From a virus (lineage: Duplodnaviria; Caudoviricetes): a stretch of 64,000 nucleotides of DNA. Each line of letters opens with the position of its first letter. Position 1 is the stretch's first letter. This document shows positions 36,977 through 47,554 of the stretch, one piece after another. The DNA is taken from positions 638-64,637 of the IMG/VR virus record IMGVR_UViG_3300021255_002239. The stretch is one strand, 5' to 3'. The notes under the pieces are model-generated. The model worked only from the letters and a program-made list of their open reading frames with translations. It was not told the DNA's origin and ran no database searches. Position numbers and translations under genes: made by a program.

Positions 36977-37621
36977 TTATGCGTTACTTACATATTTCCA
37001 AACAAATCCTTTTGATACATATTGATCAGATACTCGTTTGTGTTTCTTTATTCTTCCAGACTCATTTAATCTGCAAGCTCTTGTAATAAGCGAATAATTA
37101 ATACCTGTTTTTTGACTTGCATCAATAGAATTATCAAATGTGTTTATTACTTCTCCAGAAACACTCATCTGAGCAACTTTTCTTGTATTAGCATGGACTA
37201 CATTTTTTCTTGTGTATGAACTAGTTAGTTCGTTTGTGGTTTTATCACGAAATCTTTTTGCATATTCTTTTTTTCTCTCTGGATCTTTGTTAAGATAATA
37301 TATTGAATTATATGATTTCGTACACCATTCTAAATTGTCCACATTATTATTCTTTTTATTTTCGTCTTTGTGGTTAACAAATTCGTATCCGTTTGGGTTA
37401 TCAATAAATGCCATTGCAACAAGTCTATGAACAAGATACTGTTTATGTATACCATTAAAAGACAATGTAATTACTGAATATCCGCTGGGATGATTGAGAA
37501 GAGACAATATCTTTTCTCTTTTCACACCTCTGTTATATAATGACCGTACTCTTCCTTCATTACTTACTTGATACTTACCTTCATACCCTTTAATATCTTT
37601 CCAAATTTCCATCTTTCCCAT
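36977..37621 (-). CDS. NUMOD4-HNH homing endonuclease
   Basis: EIWKDIKGYEGKYQVSNEGRVRS, VHRLVAMAF, VNHKDENKKNN.VDNLEWC. Confidence 0.92.
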   Translation of the reverse strand: MGKMEIWKDIKGYEGKYQVSNEGRVRSLYNRGVKREKILSLLNHPSGYSVITLSFNGIHKQYLVHRLVAMAFIDNPNGYEFVNHKDENKKNNNVDNLEWCTKSYNSIYYLNKDPERKKEYAKRFRDKTTNELTSSYTRKNVVHANTRKVAQMSVSGEVINTFDNSIDASQKTGINYSLITRACRLNESGRIKKHKRVSDQYVSKGFVWKYVSNA

Positions 37622-37725
37622 CCTTTTTCAAACAAAAGAACGGGAGTCGGCAGGAGTACACCCTGCCATTCGTAAACTCCAGTTGTTGTGCATTTCGCAG
37701 TTATATATCAAAAACTGCATATATC

Positions 37726-38439
37726 TCACGCAGCCCTTAATATAGCTTTAAATTCATCCTCAGTTAGATACCTTACCGTACATCTGCACGATATTATTTC
37801 CTCTGGATAATTGGCTCCGTAAAAGAGATCTTTTGGATATCGCAACAGTGCTTCGCCCACTTGGAAGAACTCATCAATCCTGACGATTGCGCCATCCACA
37901 AGGGAATGCGTATGACGCACACGTTCGTCCTTCATTGTGATCCATTGTTTGAATGCGTAACCGTTTCGGACGGCCTCTCTGTACTGTTCGTAGTTGAACA
38001 CCACGTTTGCTTCATTCTCAGCAATGAATCTCGCCCGGTCATCCGAGAAGAAGTAACCGCCTTTAGTATCCTCTGGAGATACATCCGGCTCAAATACGGT
38101 TCCAGTGTTCCGCAGAGTAGCCTCGACAATCTCATCACTAAGTGTTTCGGCATAACTCAGCAGAAAAGAGTCTGGAACAGTGTATTCATTGACGATTCTC
38201 AGGAATGCATCTCTCAGTCTGTTTTTGGCAGTCTGGATTTGATTTGTCCAGCCATTCTCGATGATCAGATACAAGAATGACAGGATAACAAACATCTCTT
38301 CCTGAAATTCTCTTGCAAAGTCTTTACGGACTTCTTTTTCAGACTCAGGCAGGTCCATCTCATCGAAGTACTTATCGATGTCGATACTTCTGTATCCGTT
38401 TGCCTCAACAAGCTTATTGATCTCATCAAATGCAAGCAT
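37726..38439 (-). CDS. Minor head protein (SPP1 gp7 / Mu F-like)
   Basis: KQWITMKDERVRHTH...EIISCRC. Confidence 0.85.
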   Translation of the reverse strand: MLAFDEINKLVEANGYRSIDIDKYFDEMDLPESEKEVRKDFAREFQEEMFVILSFLYLIIENGWTNQIQTAKNRLRDAFLRIVNEYTVPDSFLLSYAETLSDEIVEATLRNTGTVFEPDVSPEDTKGGYFFSDDRARFIAENEANVVFNYEQYREAVRNGYAFKQWITMKDERVRHTHSLVDGAIVRIDEFFQVGEALLRYPKDLFYGANYPEEIISCRCTVRYLTEDEFKAILRAA

Positions 38440-40028
38440 CAGACTTCACCACCTTGTGAATAGTCCGCTCCGGTAAGCTGTCCATCCAGAATTGGACTGT
38501 TAACACCCTGGTCTGTGGTGTCAGACATGATTCTGTCGTTGTCCACATTGCCACTGGCCTTGTTGATGATGGATGCCTGATACTGCTCGATGGTGTCCTT
38601 CGAATCTGCCCATGCCTGTGCGATATCGGGAAACAAATCAACGACCTGCATCGCAATTCTGCCATTGATGCCGGACTTGATCATTGTGACCATAGCATTT
38701 GTTTTTGTGCCAAGGTCGAACGTCTTCTGCCTTGTGAATTTTGGCTGGATATCAGATCTCTTCAGATCATACAGAACATGTCCTTCCGGCAGATTATGTG
38801 ATTTCTGGATGGCAAGCAGTTCCAGTTCAACAACATTCATCACAGCACTGCGGATGATGTCTTCCTGTTTTGCAGCAACAGCTTCGGCAGCACTCCATCC
38901 GGCAGACATTGACATTGCCGTAGCGGTCGAACCACCACCAGGCTCACTCTGTAACGGCACGAAGCATTTCTGGAGAATTGTGTTCCGTTTGCTGATGATG
39001 TTTGTCTCTACACCGTCATAGTTGAACGTACTGGACAATGCCTGAATGGTAGGACGATTGCCGTTCGGAGTGGTTTCCGTCTGCATCCACTGACCGGAGA
39101 CAGGTTTGATTTTTTTGCCGGTTTCTGGATCCTTCGGGAAGTCCGCATCGTTCATCCACCAGATTTCCTGAGTGTTCTGCGCCACACTGTTAGCGAAATC
39201 TGACACCTCGATGTTCAGCGCATCCATGTCTGGAATCTGTCTCTCAAAGACACCCATGCGGTCATATGCTCTGACGAATTCAACGACCGGCAGCTTGCCG
39301 AGCGGATTCTTTTCACCACTTCTGGGTAACTCAAACCACTTTTCTGTCTCATCACCATTGACGATTTCGATTTCGTTTTTTATCTCAAACCGTCTGTCCT
39401 TAGTGAAACAAGAGAAGTACTTGTCACCACTCTTGGTCTGGCGATATGTAACCGACATCATCGGTGTCTCACGGACATCATTGCGATACACAACGAACGT
39501 GTACATCGGATTTAGCGTTGCAAGGTCGAAGACGGAACCGCCATCTTCATAGTCACGCTTGATATCGATCATCTGGTAGCCGATACCGCAGATCTCAATG
39601 TATCTGGCAAGCTCCTGGTCCTTTGCAAAACAATGTTCATCCTCATTCATCTGGTTCAGAAGTGTGATAGCATCATCATCTGCATCAGGATCGTTTGCAG
39701 ATAAGTCCCTGTCACCTCTCTGGACAAGTGTTTTTGGATTGCCAAAAAAATAGCCGAGCCAAAATTCGGTCACTTGGTTGGCCACGTTGTCGCAAACACG
39801 GATATCGATATCTTTGCGAATCTCTTTCTTGCGCTTCAAAGGCTGGACACCTTTTTCGTAGTTCAGCAGAAACGCAATCGCTCTCCGGTTCTCTTCGTGG
39901 ATGACCATTGCATCCTGCAACACCTGAATGACATCGGTCCCGTTATTGATCTCAGACACATCGGTGTAGATCCGATGTCTGCCAAGCAGTTCTATATTGT
40001 CTTTTTCGTAAGCACCGCCATAGGTCAT
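38439..40028 (-). CDS. Portal protein (SPP1 gp6-like)
   Basis: 529 aa upstream of minor head gene; family-typical N-terminal and core motifs. Confidence 0.88.
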   Translation of the reverse strand: MTYGGAYEKDNIELLGRHRIYTDVSEINNGTDVIQVLQDAMVIHEENRRAIAFLLNYEKGVQPLKRKKEIRKDIDIRVCDNVANQVTEFWLGYFFGNPKTLVQRGDRDLSANDPDADDDAITLLNQMNEDEHCFAKDQELARYIEICGIGYQMIDIKRDYEDGGSVFDLATLNPMYTFVVYRNDVRETPMMSVTYRQTKSGDKYFSCFTKDRRFEIKNEIEIVNGDETEKWFELPRSGEKNPLGKLPVVEFVRAYDRMGVFERQIPDMDALNIEVSDFANSVAQNTQEIWWMNDADFPKDPETGKKIKPVSGQWMQTETTPNGNRPTIQALSSTFNYDGVETNIISKRNTILQKCFVPLQSEPGGGSTATAMSMSAGWSAAEAVAAKQEDIIRSAVMNVVELELLAIQKSHNLPEGHVLYDLKRSDIQPKFTRQKTFDLGTKTNAMVTMIKSGINGRIAMQVVDLFPDIAQAWADSKDTIEQYQASIINKASGNVDNDRIMSDTTDQGVNSPILDGQLTGADYSQGGEV

Positions 40029-40170
40029 CGGTCTTCACCCCCATTTATGGCAAATAAAAAAGCACCTAAATAGGTGCTGTGACGGTTTTTCCAAGCGGAG
40101 TCGAACCGCAAGGCGGTACGGTTTTTCGGTAGCTACCCTAGGCTCCGCTTATGACTTTTTAGTCATTTTA

Positions 40171-40217
40171 ATTATATATAAAACCCATACTGCAATTCAC
40201 TGCAATTTACTGAATTT
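40171..40217 (-). promoter_or_regulatory. Putative late promoter: TATAAT plus three 10-bp-phased repeats CTG(C)AATT
   Basis: Plus-strand ATTATA 40171-40176; repeats at 40190, 40200, 40210 just past the stop of the RinA/ArpU-like gene. Confidence 0.5.
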
Positions 40218-40228
40218 CTCAAAAAAAA

Positions 40229-40651
40229 TTATTTGTACAGATGACCGTGCTTTTTTTCAAACTTTTCCAGTGCTTCGGAGTGGATATTAAACACCTGTCT
40301 CTCCTGTTTGCCAATCACCAGGCTTATCTGGAAAAACGTCATACCGACAACATACCGGCCATACAGAACATCTGTGTAGACATTCTGACCCAAATCCTCT
40401 ATCTGCCGTCTGAGGATATCCTTGGAGTCTGTATATAGCAGGATCGTTGCTGCCAATGTGTCCTCTTTCTCCAGGATTGTTGCCACAGCATTCGCCAGAG
40501 CATCTTTACTCCCGGATGACTGCACTTTTTCCTTGGCAACATTCGCAGAAACCGATGTGGACAATTCACGCAGTTTGTCAATTTCGGTTTTGAGCATCTT
40601 GATTCTTCGATTCAACGAATTTGCTTGGTTTAGATATTGCTTGGTAGTCAT
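40229..40651 (-). CDS. RinA/ArpU-like late transcriptional activator (DUF1492-like)
   Basis: MTTKQYLNQ start; C-terminal sigma-70 region-4-like LYGRYV...RQVFNIHSEAL. Confidence 0.75.
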   Translation of the reverse strand: MTTKQYLNQANSLNRRIKMLKTEIDKLRELSTSVSANVAKEKVQSSGSKDALANAVATILEKEDTLAATILLYTDSKDILRRQIEDLGQNVYTDVLYGRYVVGMTFFQISLVIGKQERQVFNIHSEALEKFEKKHGHLYK

Positions 40652-40925
40652 CTCCCAGTATCTCCTTTTCCAGCATCTGTGCTATGACATCACCATTTGT
40701 GCCACTTAGTATTGCAAACCAGTCGGAAGTAAAAAACATTCGTTCCGACCGCAGCGAGTAGTAGCTCTCTTTCCTTCTCGTCAGTCCATGTGTGTTCTTG
40801 TACGCAATTAACGATGATCGATAATCATTCGCAGCCATCAGAATAATCGCATTCGCCAGATTTTCATACGGATCACCATTCTCCCTGGACGTTGCGGTTC
40901 CGAAGCTATTTGTGTATATCGGCAT
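40578..40925 (-). CDS. Hypothetical phage protein
   Basis: DPYENLANAIILMAANDYR...FFTSDWF motif. Confidence 0.65.
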   Translation of the reverse strand: MPIYTNSFGTATSRENGDPYENLANAIILMAANDYRSSLIAYKNTHGLTRRKESYYSLRSERMFFTSDWFAILSGTNGDVIAQMLEKEILGDDYQAISKPSKFVESKNQDAQNRN

Positions 40926-40934
40926 TTACTCACC

Positions 40935-41672
40935 TCACGCAGTACGTTGCTTCTCCCTTATCCGTTTCGCTTTTATGTTGCATTCGTGTCCGCAGTACTT
41001 CATCCTGAAACTGTTTTTCAAGAAGTGTTTTTGGCAAATCGGGCAATCTGCATACCCAAAATGCTCTTCTTTGTATTCTTTTGTGGTCACATCAACAGAC
41101 CCTGCCGGAGTATTAATAGCTTTTTCATAATCCCATCCAAGTTTTTTTATTCTATCTCTCAATGTGCATGGATTAATTCCACGCTCTTTTGCTATGCGAT
41201 TTATAGCTGTTTCATGGTCGAATAACGGCTCAGTAAATGCCTTATCCACCGGCCAACCTTTTGTAATTCTGTTATGTGTAGCGTCATACGGCAGATTAAG
41301 TTCATCACACCAGTCTCTTAAACATTTTGTTTGACCATTATACGTTATCAATACATTTGTGCGTTTATTTCTGTTTTGAACCTTTTTTGTAACCCATCTA
41401 CAGTTTTCGGGACCGTAATTTCCATCGTTATCAACTCTATCAATGGTTAGCTCATCCTCATAACCATTTAACAAAGCCCAGTCAACAAAATTATCAAAAT
41501 TCTCTAACCATTCTTCACACACAGCGATCCCACGGCCACCATAATCTTTGTATCTGGGTTCGCTTTTGCTATAACAACGTTTTTTAATACCGTGATATAT
41601 GCCATACAATCTCTTGTATTCCTTTGTAGGATACTTGTGAATGATATAATTTTCTCTCATTTCGATCCACAC
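40935..41672 (-). CDS. HNH-type homing endonuclease
   Basis: IKKRCY...YGGRGIAVCEEW...TIDRVDNDGNYGPENCRW. Confidence 0.85.
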   Translation of the reverse strand: MWIEMRENYIIHKYPTKEYKRLYGIYHGIKKRCYSKSEPRYKDYGGRGIAVCEEWLENFDNFVDWALLNGYEDELTIDRVDNDGNYGPENCRWVTKKVQNRNKRTNVLITYNGQTKCLRDWCDELNLPYDATHNRITKGWPVDKAFTEPLFDHETAINRIAKERGINPCTLRDRIKKLGWDYEKAINTPAGSVDVTTKEYKEEHFGYADCPICQKHFLKNSFRMKYCGHECNIKAKRIREKQRTA

Positions 41673-43309
41673 TAAAACGGACTCTCTATAATCCTCGATA
41701 CAGATCCTGTTCTGTTCTCGACAAACTCAGCAAACTGCGCCATGCCGTCCGGCACATCGTCAAAAGCGTTCTTTCCAGCTGTTGTATACGTCATCAGGAA
41801 CGACATTGCTTTGCCATAATCAGATTTGTTTGGATAAAGCGATTTGTCTTTGAACAAACAATGCTTTTTAACCCATTCTGCCCTGACAATAATCTTGGTT
41901 TCTTTGTTTTTGGTGGTATAGTGGTCAATTATTCCACAAGTAGATTTTCCGATGATCAAATCCGAAACAGCTTTCGCCACCCTACTACCACCATTATTGG
42001 ACTCAAAATCGACCATCTGCACCTTATGCTGGATAATTATGTCTGACAGCCGTCTGTACTGCACATCAAAATCCGTACTGTCATCACAAACACAGTCAAC
42101 CATGTAATAGTCAAACCCATACTGGTAGAACACCGGCAGAAACATATAGTCTTTACCAGAATTCTTTGTATCACAGATAGCCAAAACAGCATCTGGCTCC
42201 CTGTCTGGAAGCGTAAGATATCTCCTGACACTATCCTCTGGATATAACAGGCCATCTCTCTCTATAGGCTGACCTTTGTAAAGACATTTGTATGAGATTT
42301 CATCCATCGTGTCTTCCATGTCTTGGAAATACTCTTTGGAAAACCCATGACCGTATTTGTAATTAAAATTACTCTCTCCGGTATCTGGGTCCCTGTCAGG
42401 CACGACAATGAATTTTGCTTTTGGATCGTTAACATGGTCACGTTTCAGTCTGGATACAACATCGTGTATAGTCCAGATCGTTGCCACATGCAGTTCTTTG
42501 CACTTGTCCTTTTTTCTCTGACGCAGGTCAACAGTATATGTCATCCAAAGCTTATCCATCCGAGGTTTAGATATAGCCTCTTCCTGATTTCCGATAAGGT
42601 CATCAACCAGCAGATATTTATTGCACCGAACCTTACCTGCGTTCTTGGAGCCGACCGAAGTACATTGCAACGATTTAAACGGTTTGTACTTCCCAAAGTT
42701 CAAAGTCTCCATCTTTGCGTTTTCGGATTGCTTCTTCACCTCTGGGAAAATTTCTGCGAATTTATATTCGGCAGTACCGGTGATCGCATTGACCGCATCG
42801 TAAAACATTCTTGTAATGTCTCCAGAGTGCGATGCGAACAAACTATAACCAGATGGATCACGACCAATAATCCATGAAGTAAAAAACTCCTCAAGTGTTG
42901 TCTTTGCAGTGCCTGGTGGCATGGATATCGTCAGCAGATTATATTTCCCTTCTTCCAGATCTTGCAATGACTGTATAAGACCATGCTTCAGCAGAACATC
43001 TCGTCTTGGAAGATAAAACCTCTCTTTAGGTTCCCTTTCTCGCTCCATGTATAGCAAGTAGCTGTCGAAATCATATCTGGACAGCAGATATAACGATTGC
43101 CACCAGATTTCCATCAGCCTGGTATCACCATGAACATTCGCAAGACATCTGTCCCGAAGAAGCTTAGACCTTTCGACCAGATAGTCAGGATCCATGTCAT
43201 CTTCATCCTTGTACGCAAGAAGCATCTGTGCAAGGTAGTTCAGATTCGTGTAGACATTTAAGTCCCTGGACATTATTTGGTTGATGACATTTGTGATCTT
43301 CGAATCCAT
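41672..43309 (-). CDS. terL: Terminase large subunit
   Basis: ISMPPGTAKTT Walker A, LLVDD Walker B, C-terminal nuclease AICDTK...DDVPDG. Confidence 0.92.
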   Translation of the reverse strand: MDSKITNVINQIMSRDLNVYTNLNYLAQMLLAYKDEDDMDPDYLVERSKLLRDRCLANVHGDTRLMEIWWQSLYLLSRYDFDSYLLYMEREREPKERFYLPRRDVLLKHGLIQSLQDLEEGKYNLLTISMPPGTAKTTLEEFFTSWIIGRDPSGYSLFASHSGDITRMFYDAVNAITGTAEYKFAEIFPEVKKQSENAKMETLNFGKYKPFKSLQCTSVGSKNAGKVRCNKYLLVDDLIGNQEEAISKPRMDKLWMTYTVDLRQRKKDKCKELHVATIWTIHDVVSRLKRDHVNDPKAKFIVVPDRDPDTGESNFNYKYGHGFSKEYFQDMEDTMDEISYKCLYKGQPIERDGLLYPEDSVRRYLTLPDREPDAVLAICDTKNSGKDYMFLPVFYQYGFDYYMVDCVCDDSTDFDVQYRRLSDIIIQHKVQMVDFESNNGGSRVAKAVSDLIIGKSTCGIIDHYTTKNKETKIIVRAEWVKKHCLFKDKSLYPNKSDYGKAMSFLMTYTTAGKNAFDDVPDGMAQFAEFVENRTGSVSRIIESPF

Positions 43310-43421
43310 AGCAAAGGTCCTTTTTTGTTTTTCGGGAATTTTTTAAATGGCTGACACATAGCAGTCGTGCCAGCCACAAAGAGAGGGGAAAAATCCGTGC
43401 CGTCCAGCAGCTGACGGCAAA

Positions 43422-43496
43422 TCGCAGGAGTGGGATTTGAACCCACGATTTCCAGTGTATGAGACTGGTGAGATGACCGAGCTTCTCCATCCTGCA
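43422..43496 (-). tRNA. tRNA-Met (CAT), initiator-like features
   Basis: Cloverleaf TGCAGGA / GAGA-TCTC D stem / CCAGT CTCATAC ACTGG / GTGGG TTCAAAT CCCAC / TCCTGCG A; no encoded CCA. Confidence 0.85.
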
Positions 43497-43720
43497 ATGC
43501 CGTGACTTTCGAAACCATAACCCAAGCCACATGTCTGGGCAAACAAGGGAAAACCAGACGAGTTTTTCGTAGTGTGCCTGACAACTACTGGGAAACCGCC
43601 ACGGCACGTTGAAGTGCCTTTAATCAGAGCCATTCGCCCTATGGCGGTAGGAGGCAGCCTATGCCAAGGCTGACAAGTAGTGTTGCTGAAACATCCGCAC
43701 CCCACAACACGGATGATAAA

Positions 43721-44086
43721 TTACTCAATCGTTCCGACAAGACGATCAATTATGTCTACGGCTAAATCGTGAACATTGGTCCCGACATTGTGTTCCTTCA
43801 ACACTGACTCAATGCTGGTCAGAAAACCGTTGTAGTAATCACCCTTTTTCAACAGTTCGCTCCGAAGAACAGCATTTGATGACAGCAACGTATGCTCGTC
43901 AAAGCTGAAAAACGTCTGGCAAAACAAATCCCCAGAAAGTCCTTTCGCAACAGGCAGCTGCATCGTTACTCTTGGAATCTCATTCACCGCAGCATGAAAG
44001 TCTATTTTCTTACACGGAACCTCGACATTGTTTACTTTGATCTTTACTTGTCCAGGTAATCCGCATATATCAACATGATTAAACAT
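43721..44086 (-). CDS. Hypothetical protein
   Basis: ORF with RBS. Confidence 0.55.
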   Translation of the reverse strand: MFNHVDICGLPGQVKIKVNNVEVPCKKIDFHAAVNEIPRVTMQLPVAKGLSGDLFCQTFFSFDEHTLLSSNAVLRSELLKKGDYYNGFLTSIESVLKEHNVGTNVHDLAVDIIDRLVGTIE

Positions 44087-44124
44087 CGCTTATGTCCTTT
44101 TTGTTTTTTGGAAAAATTTTTGAC

Positions 44125-44649
44125 TTAGGGATATATCATATCAACTCGCTCACCGGATCCGTACACAACATACCCAACAGTACGACCGGAGTATAAAACT
44201 CCATTCTTCTCGATAACATCAACATTGTTCCGATAATGCTTTATATCATTGTCTTTGATATATTTCTTGAATTGCGGAGACGCATTTATCTTGTATACAT
44301 CAGACCAACCAAATCTTCTCTTCACCTCACTGGTCCCAATCTCACCAAGAAAATAACTATCAAGCACTTTCTTTGCTTCTTCATCACTCAGATTCGGTTT
44401 ACTGCCAACATTCTTCTTGTTCGTGTAATGACTGATGTGTCGACCGCAGTGCGCTGTTTTATGGCATCGGTGACACAAAGGTACTAGATTTGTGATCTCA
44501 TTAGTACCCCCAAGACTTAGCGGAACCACATGGTGGATCTCCAAGCTCTCTGTATCTCTACAATTAGCACATCTGTAATCGTAGGCAGCAAGCACTGTGT
44601 CCTTTATGAGTACATAATCATACTCATATCTCGTATGTCTTGCAGTCAT
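44125..44649 (-). CDS. HNH endonuclease
   Basis: CANC..LEIHHVVPLSLGGTNEITNLVPLCHRCH. Confidence 0.88.
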   Translation of the reverse strand: MTARHTRYEYDYVLIKDTVLAAYDYRCANCRDTESLEIHHVVPLSLGGTNEITNLVPLCHRCHKTAHCGRHISHYTNKKNVGSKPNLSDEEAKKVLDSYFLGEIGTSEVKRRFGWSDVYKINASPQFKKYIKDNDIKHYRNNVDVIEKNGVLYSGRTVGYVVYGSGERVDMIYP

Positions 44650-45129
44650 TCTGTTATCAATGTCCTTCTTAGATGTTTAGGCTATATATAATATATATTT
44701 ATATATAACCATGTATTATTACTATGTGTGATATAACAATGTGTTTTTAAATGTTATCCTAAAGTGCCTTTTTTGCTTTTGGAAATATTTAAGGGAGTAA
44801 AAACAAGGCAAGTTAGTTGTGTCTAAACCCCCGGCACGGTCACGCAAAACAAATAAGCACAAATTGGACTATAATGCGGACGTTACGACAGGATATAATC
44901 AAGGGGATATCATACATGTACAATGCGCTTGCAAGCTCTGTTTTGCATTTGCTTTCGTTCTCTTGTTTGGTGCAAATCATGCCATTAATAAATCTATTCG
45001 CATAATACTAATTATACGAACACATATGAACATTATGTTCTAGCATCTGTACATGATATACAAAAGCAATGCACTATAATATACACTATAAACAACTAAA
45101 AAACGAAAGCGCTTTCGGAACGTAAAGGA

Positions 45130-45669
45130 CTATTTTACCTCTTTATAATCGCTATCGACAGGCATATCTTCCAGTAACTTTTGTTGTATTTCATCGGCGG
45201 TCATATCGGCTTTTGGTGCATTGTTTGCGTCAATGTCAATGCGCTGGATATCTTCCAGGCCGTCATAGTTTTTTTGCCAAAAAATCAAAGTTGCGGGATT
45301 AAGTTTTCCGGTAGATCCTAACATCTCCCGGTATTCTGACATGTTTTTAACAGCTTTTTTTAAAAGTTGGATAACGTCCGCACTTGCTTTATTCTTATAC
45401 CGTCCATTTATGATATCATGTACTTCATTCTTGTTTAATCCTAGGGCATTATATAAGCCTAGGTTTCCAGGTCGTAAACCTCTTTTAATACATCGATTGA
45501 AATAATCATTTATAGCTTTTGTACATTGTTCTTTATCATGTAAATCCGGTATAGGTGCATTAAAAGAGTCAATTATACAAGATATCATGTTAGCATTTTC
45601 TTGTATATCAACCTCTGTATTATCATATAAAGGACTATTTAAATAAGCTTTATTATTTCCCTTTGCCAT
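45130..45669 (-). CDS. Terminase small subunit (P22 gp3-like DNA packaging protein)
   Basis: INDYF.RC, GLYNALG, ATLIFWQKN pattern; upstream of terL. Confidence 0.65.
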   Translation of the reverse strand: MAKGNNKAYLNSPLYDNTEVDIQENANMISCIIDSFNAPIPDLHDKEQCTKAINDYFNRCIKRGLRPGNLGLYNALGLNKNEVHDIINGRYKNKASADVIQLLKKAVKNMSEYREMLGSTGKLNPATLIFWQKNYDGLEDIQRIDIDANNAPKADMTADEIQQKLLEDMPVDSDYKEVK

Positions 45670-46149
45670 ATATACATCACTCTTTTATAATAATTTTTTG
45701 ACAGAGTATATTTATTATATATATAATATATATAAAGGACCGGGAGAAAAACTGCCGGCCGTTTTCATGCCTATAATGCTATCATGGAATTTTTAAAAGT
45801 ATCAACTTTTACGGCCGGATCCATCAAAAAAAGTTTTCTGTTTTCCTGGAAACAAAAAAGGACCGGCAAAAGCTGCCGGCCCGGATTGATCGTTTTATTC
45901 TGTTTTTATAGTCCTATATTACGGACTTTGATACATTATTGATCGTTTCAGAAAGTGCTAGGTATAAAGCGTTTTATGCCGTTTTAGAGTCCATTTTTAC
46001 GGACTCAAATAGAATATTGTAGAATTCACCGTTTAATATAACTAACGGCTCACCGCCTCTTTTTTCATATTCTTTGAGAATCCTCAAAAGGTCCTTTTCT
46101 TTGATTGTATAGTTATAATTATTATTGTATTGCATGATATAGCCCCCCT

Positions 46150-46338
46150 TTAATTATTCCCGAAAATGCCGGGAAAATGTTTTTCTACAATAATACTATT
46201 ACCGGCTACAAAATCTCCAATTATAGCCCCTGAAACGTCATACAAAAAGCCTCTATACATACAATCGCAATCTGAAAAGCTACAACTTGCACTTGCTACA
46301 TCTTTTAATTCATGATTATACCAAAGATCAAAACGCAT
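46150..46338 (-). CDS. Small hypothetical protein
   Basis: GGGGG RBS, 62 aa ORF. Confidence 0.55.
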   Translation of the reverse strand: MRFDLWYNHELKDVASASCSFSDCDCMYRGFLYDVSGAIIGDFVAGNSIIVEKHFPGIFGNN

Positions 46339-46578
46339 TTTTTAATCCCCCTTTTTTTCAAAGTATAGTGTAAACAGGTCTATAGACTTTTGTGCCTTTT
46401 TCGGCCCTTAAAAGAACCACATGCAAGCCTTTTATTACTTTATAGGTATATTTTTTAGTTTCATACATACCGCCGTTTTTAGCTGCCTTTTCTATTATCT
46501 TTTCGTATTTTCTCATGTTTTTTTGACCTCTTTTCTATTATGAGTGGGGCCGTTTTCAGGCCCCTGGATTGATATTGA

Positions 46579-47265
46579 TTAATGCTTTTTGAATGCGATT
46601 ATATCGCCCTTCCGGGCTTGCCAACACCCAACACCACGGCAGCCGCACTCAAAACAATTGCCGCCGCACAAAAGCCAATTTTCGGCCGGTTCCGTTTCAT
46701 ATACATTCGTTTCCGGCAGCTTATAAGGATTGACCGGACGCATGTTTTCCCAGCCCGAAAACAGTATATGCAAGTTTTCCGGTAGTGGGCCGCTTTCCCG
46801 GATCCATGCGTTTACTATCTCATATCTTTTCGTAAATGCTAGTATTTCACAATGCGGATTTTTAACCGCAACTTTTACCATGTGATCAAAATAATTTCTG
46901 TTGATGATATCACCGGAAACATGGAACCGGAAAAACCGAAAACCGGCAACGGCCTTTTCGATATCGTCCCAAAAAAGAGCCGGTTTATATAATGCGAGTG
47001 CGGTATTATTTGCATAACTTTTCAGCACTGACGGATAAAGATTTGCAATTTTTGCCGCATAGCATTCTTTTGCGCATGTTCCTTTACATCTGTCTGGGCA
47101 AGTGAAAAACGGCAGTGTTGACACGCTAGCGACGGCCCCCATTTTTTTATTACCTGTTGATATAGTAATATGGTTAACGGTTCCGGCCTTGACTGCCTGT
47201 TTTGCCTCTTTGAGTGCTGCCGTAAACTTTGCGATAGTTTTTTCATTATAATAATTTTTTGCCAT
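46579..47265 (-). CDS. Gp88-like Cys-rich phage protein
   Basis: TCPDRCKGTCAKECYA, FRFHVSGDI, AFTK; C-terminal CGGNCFECG...CW. Confidence 0.7.
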   Translation of the reverse strand: MAKNYYNEKTIAKFTAALKEAKQAVKAGTVNHITISTGNKKMGAVASVSTLPFFTCPDRCKGTCAKECYAAKIANLYPSVLKSYANNTALALYKPALFWDDIEKAVAGFRFFRFHVSGDIINRNYFDHMVKVAVKNPHCEILAFTKRYEIVNAWIRESGPLPENLHILFSGWENMRPVNPYKLPETNVYETEPAENWLLCGGNCFECGCRGVGCWQARKGDIIAFKKH

Positions 47266-47501
47266 TGCTTTACCTTTCCGGCCGTGGTACAATGACAACG
47301 GCCTATAAAATTTTGCATTTTTGGGCTGCCGGTCCTTTGAGTTTTCCAGGCTGAAAAGGGCCGGTTTTTTTTGTTGTTAGTTGCTATTCTGTTTTCAACG
47401 TGCGGCAAAAGGTGGATCCGGCTATTATGTTCCATATATGGCGCAAAGCTCATACATAGACCGCCGACCGGCCGTTCCTCTTTTCTTTTGATAAGTCTAT
47501 T

Positions 47502-47554
47502 ATAGTCTATTTTTCGACTATTTGCAAGTAAAAAATAGTCGTTTTTGCGACTAT
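47502..47554. promoter_or_regulatory. Two palindromic operators ATAGTC-N8-GACTAT
   Basis: 47502-47521 and 47535-47554; extra GACTATAATTATAGTC palindrome at 47574-47589; between divergent genes. Confidence 0.6.

Noticed and set aside
37629-37682. GGCAGG/CCTGCC hairpin upstream of NUMOD4-HNH as a link to the array junction motif
   Set aside because: A single 6-mer within an ordinary stem-loop, with no GGY-NN periodicity around it
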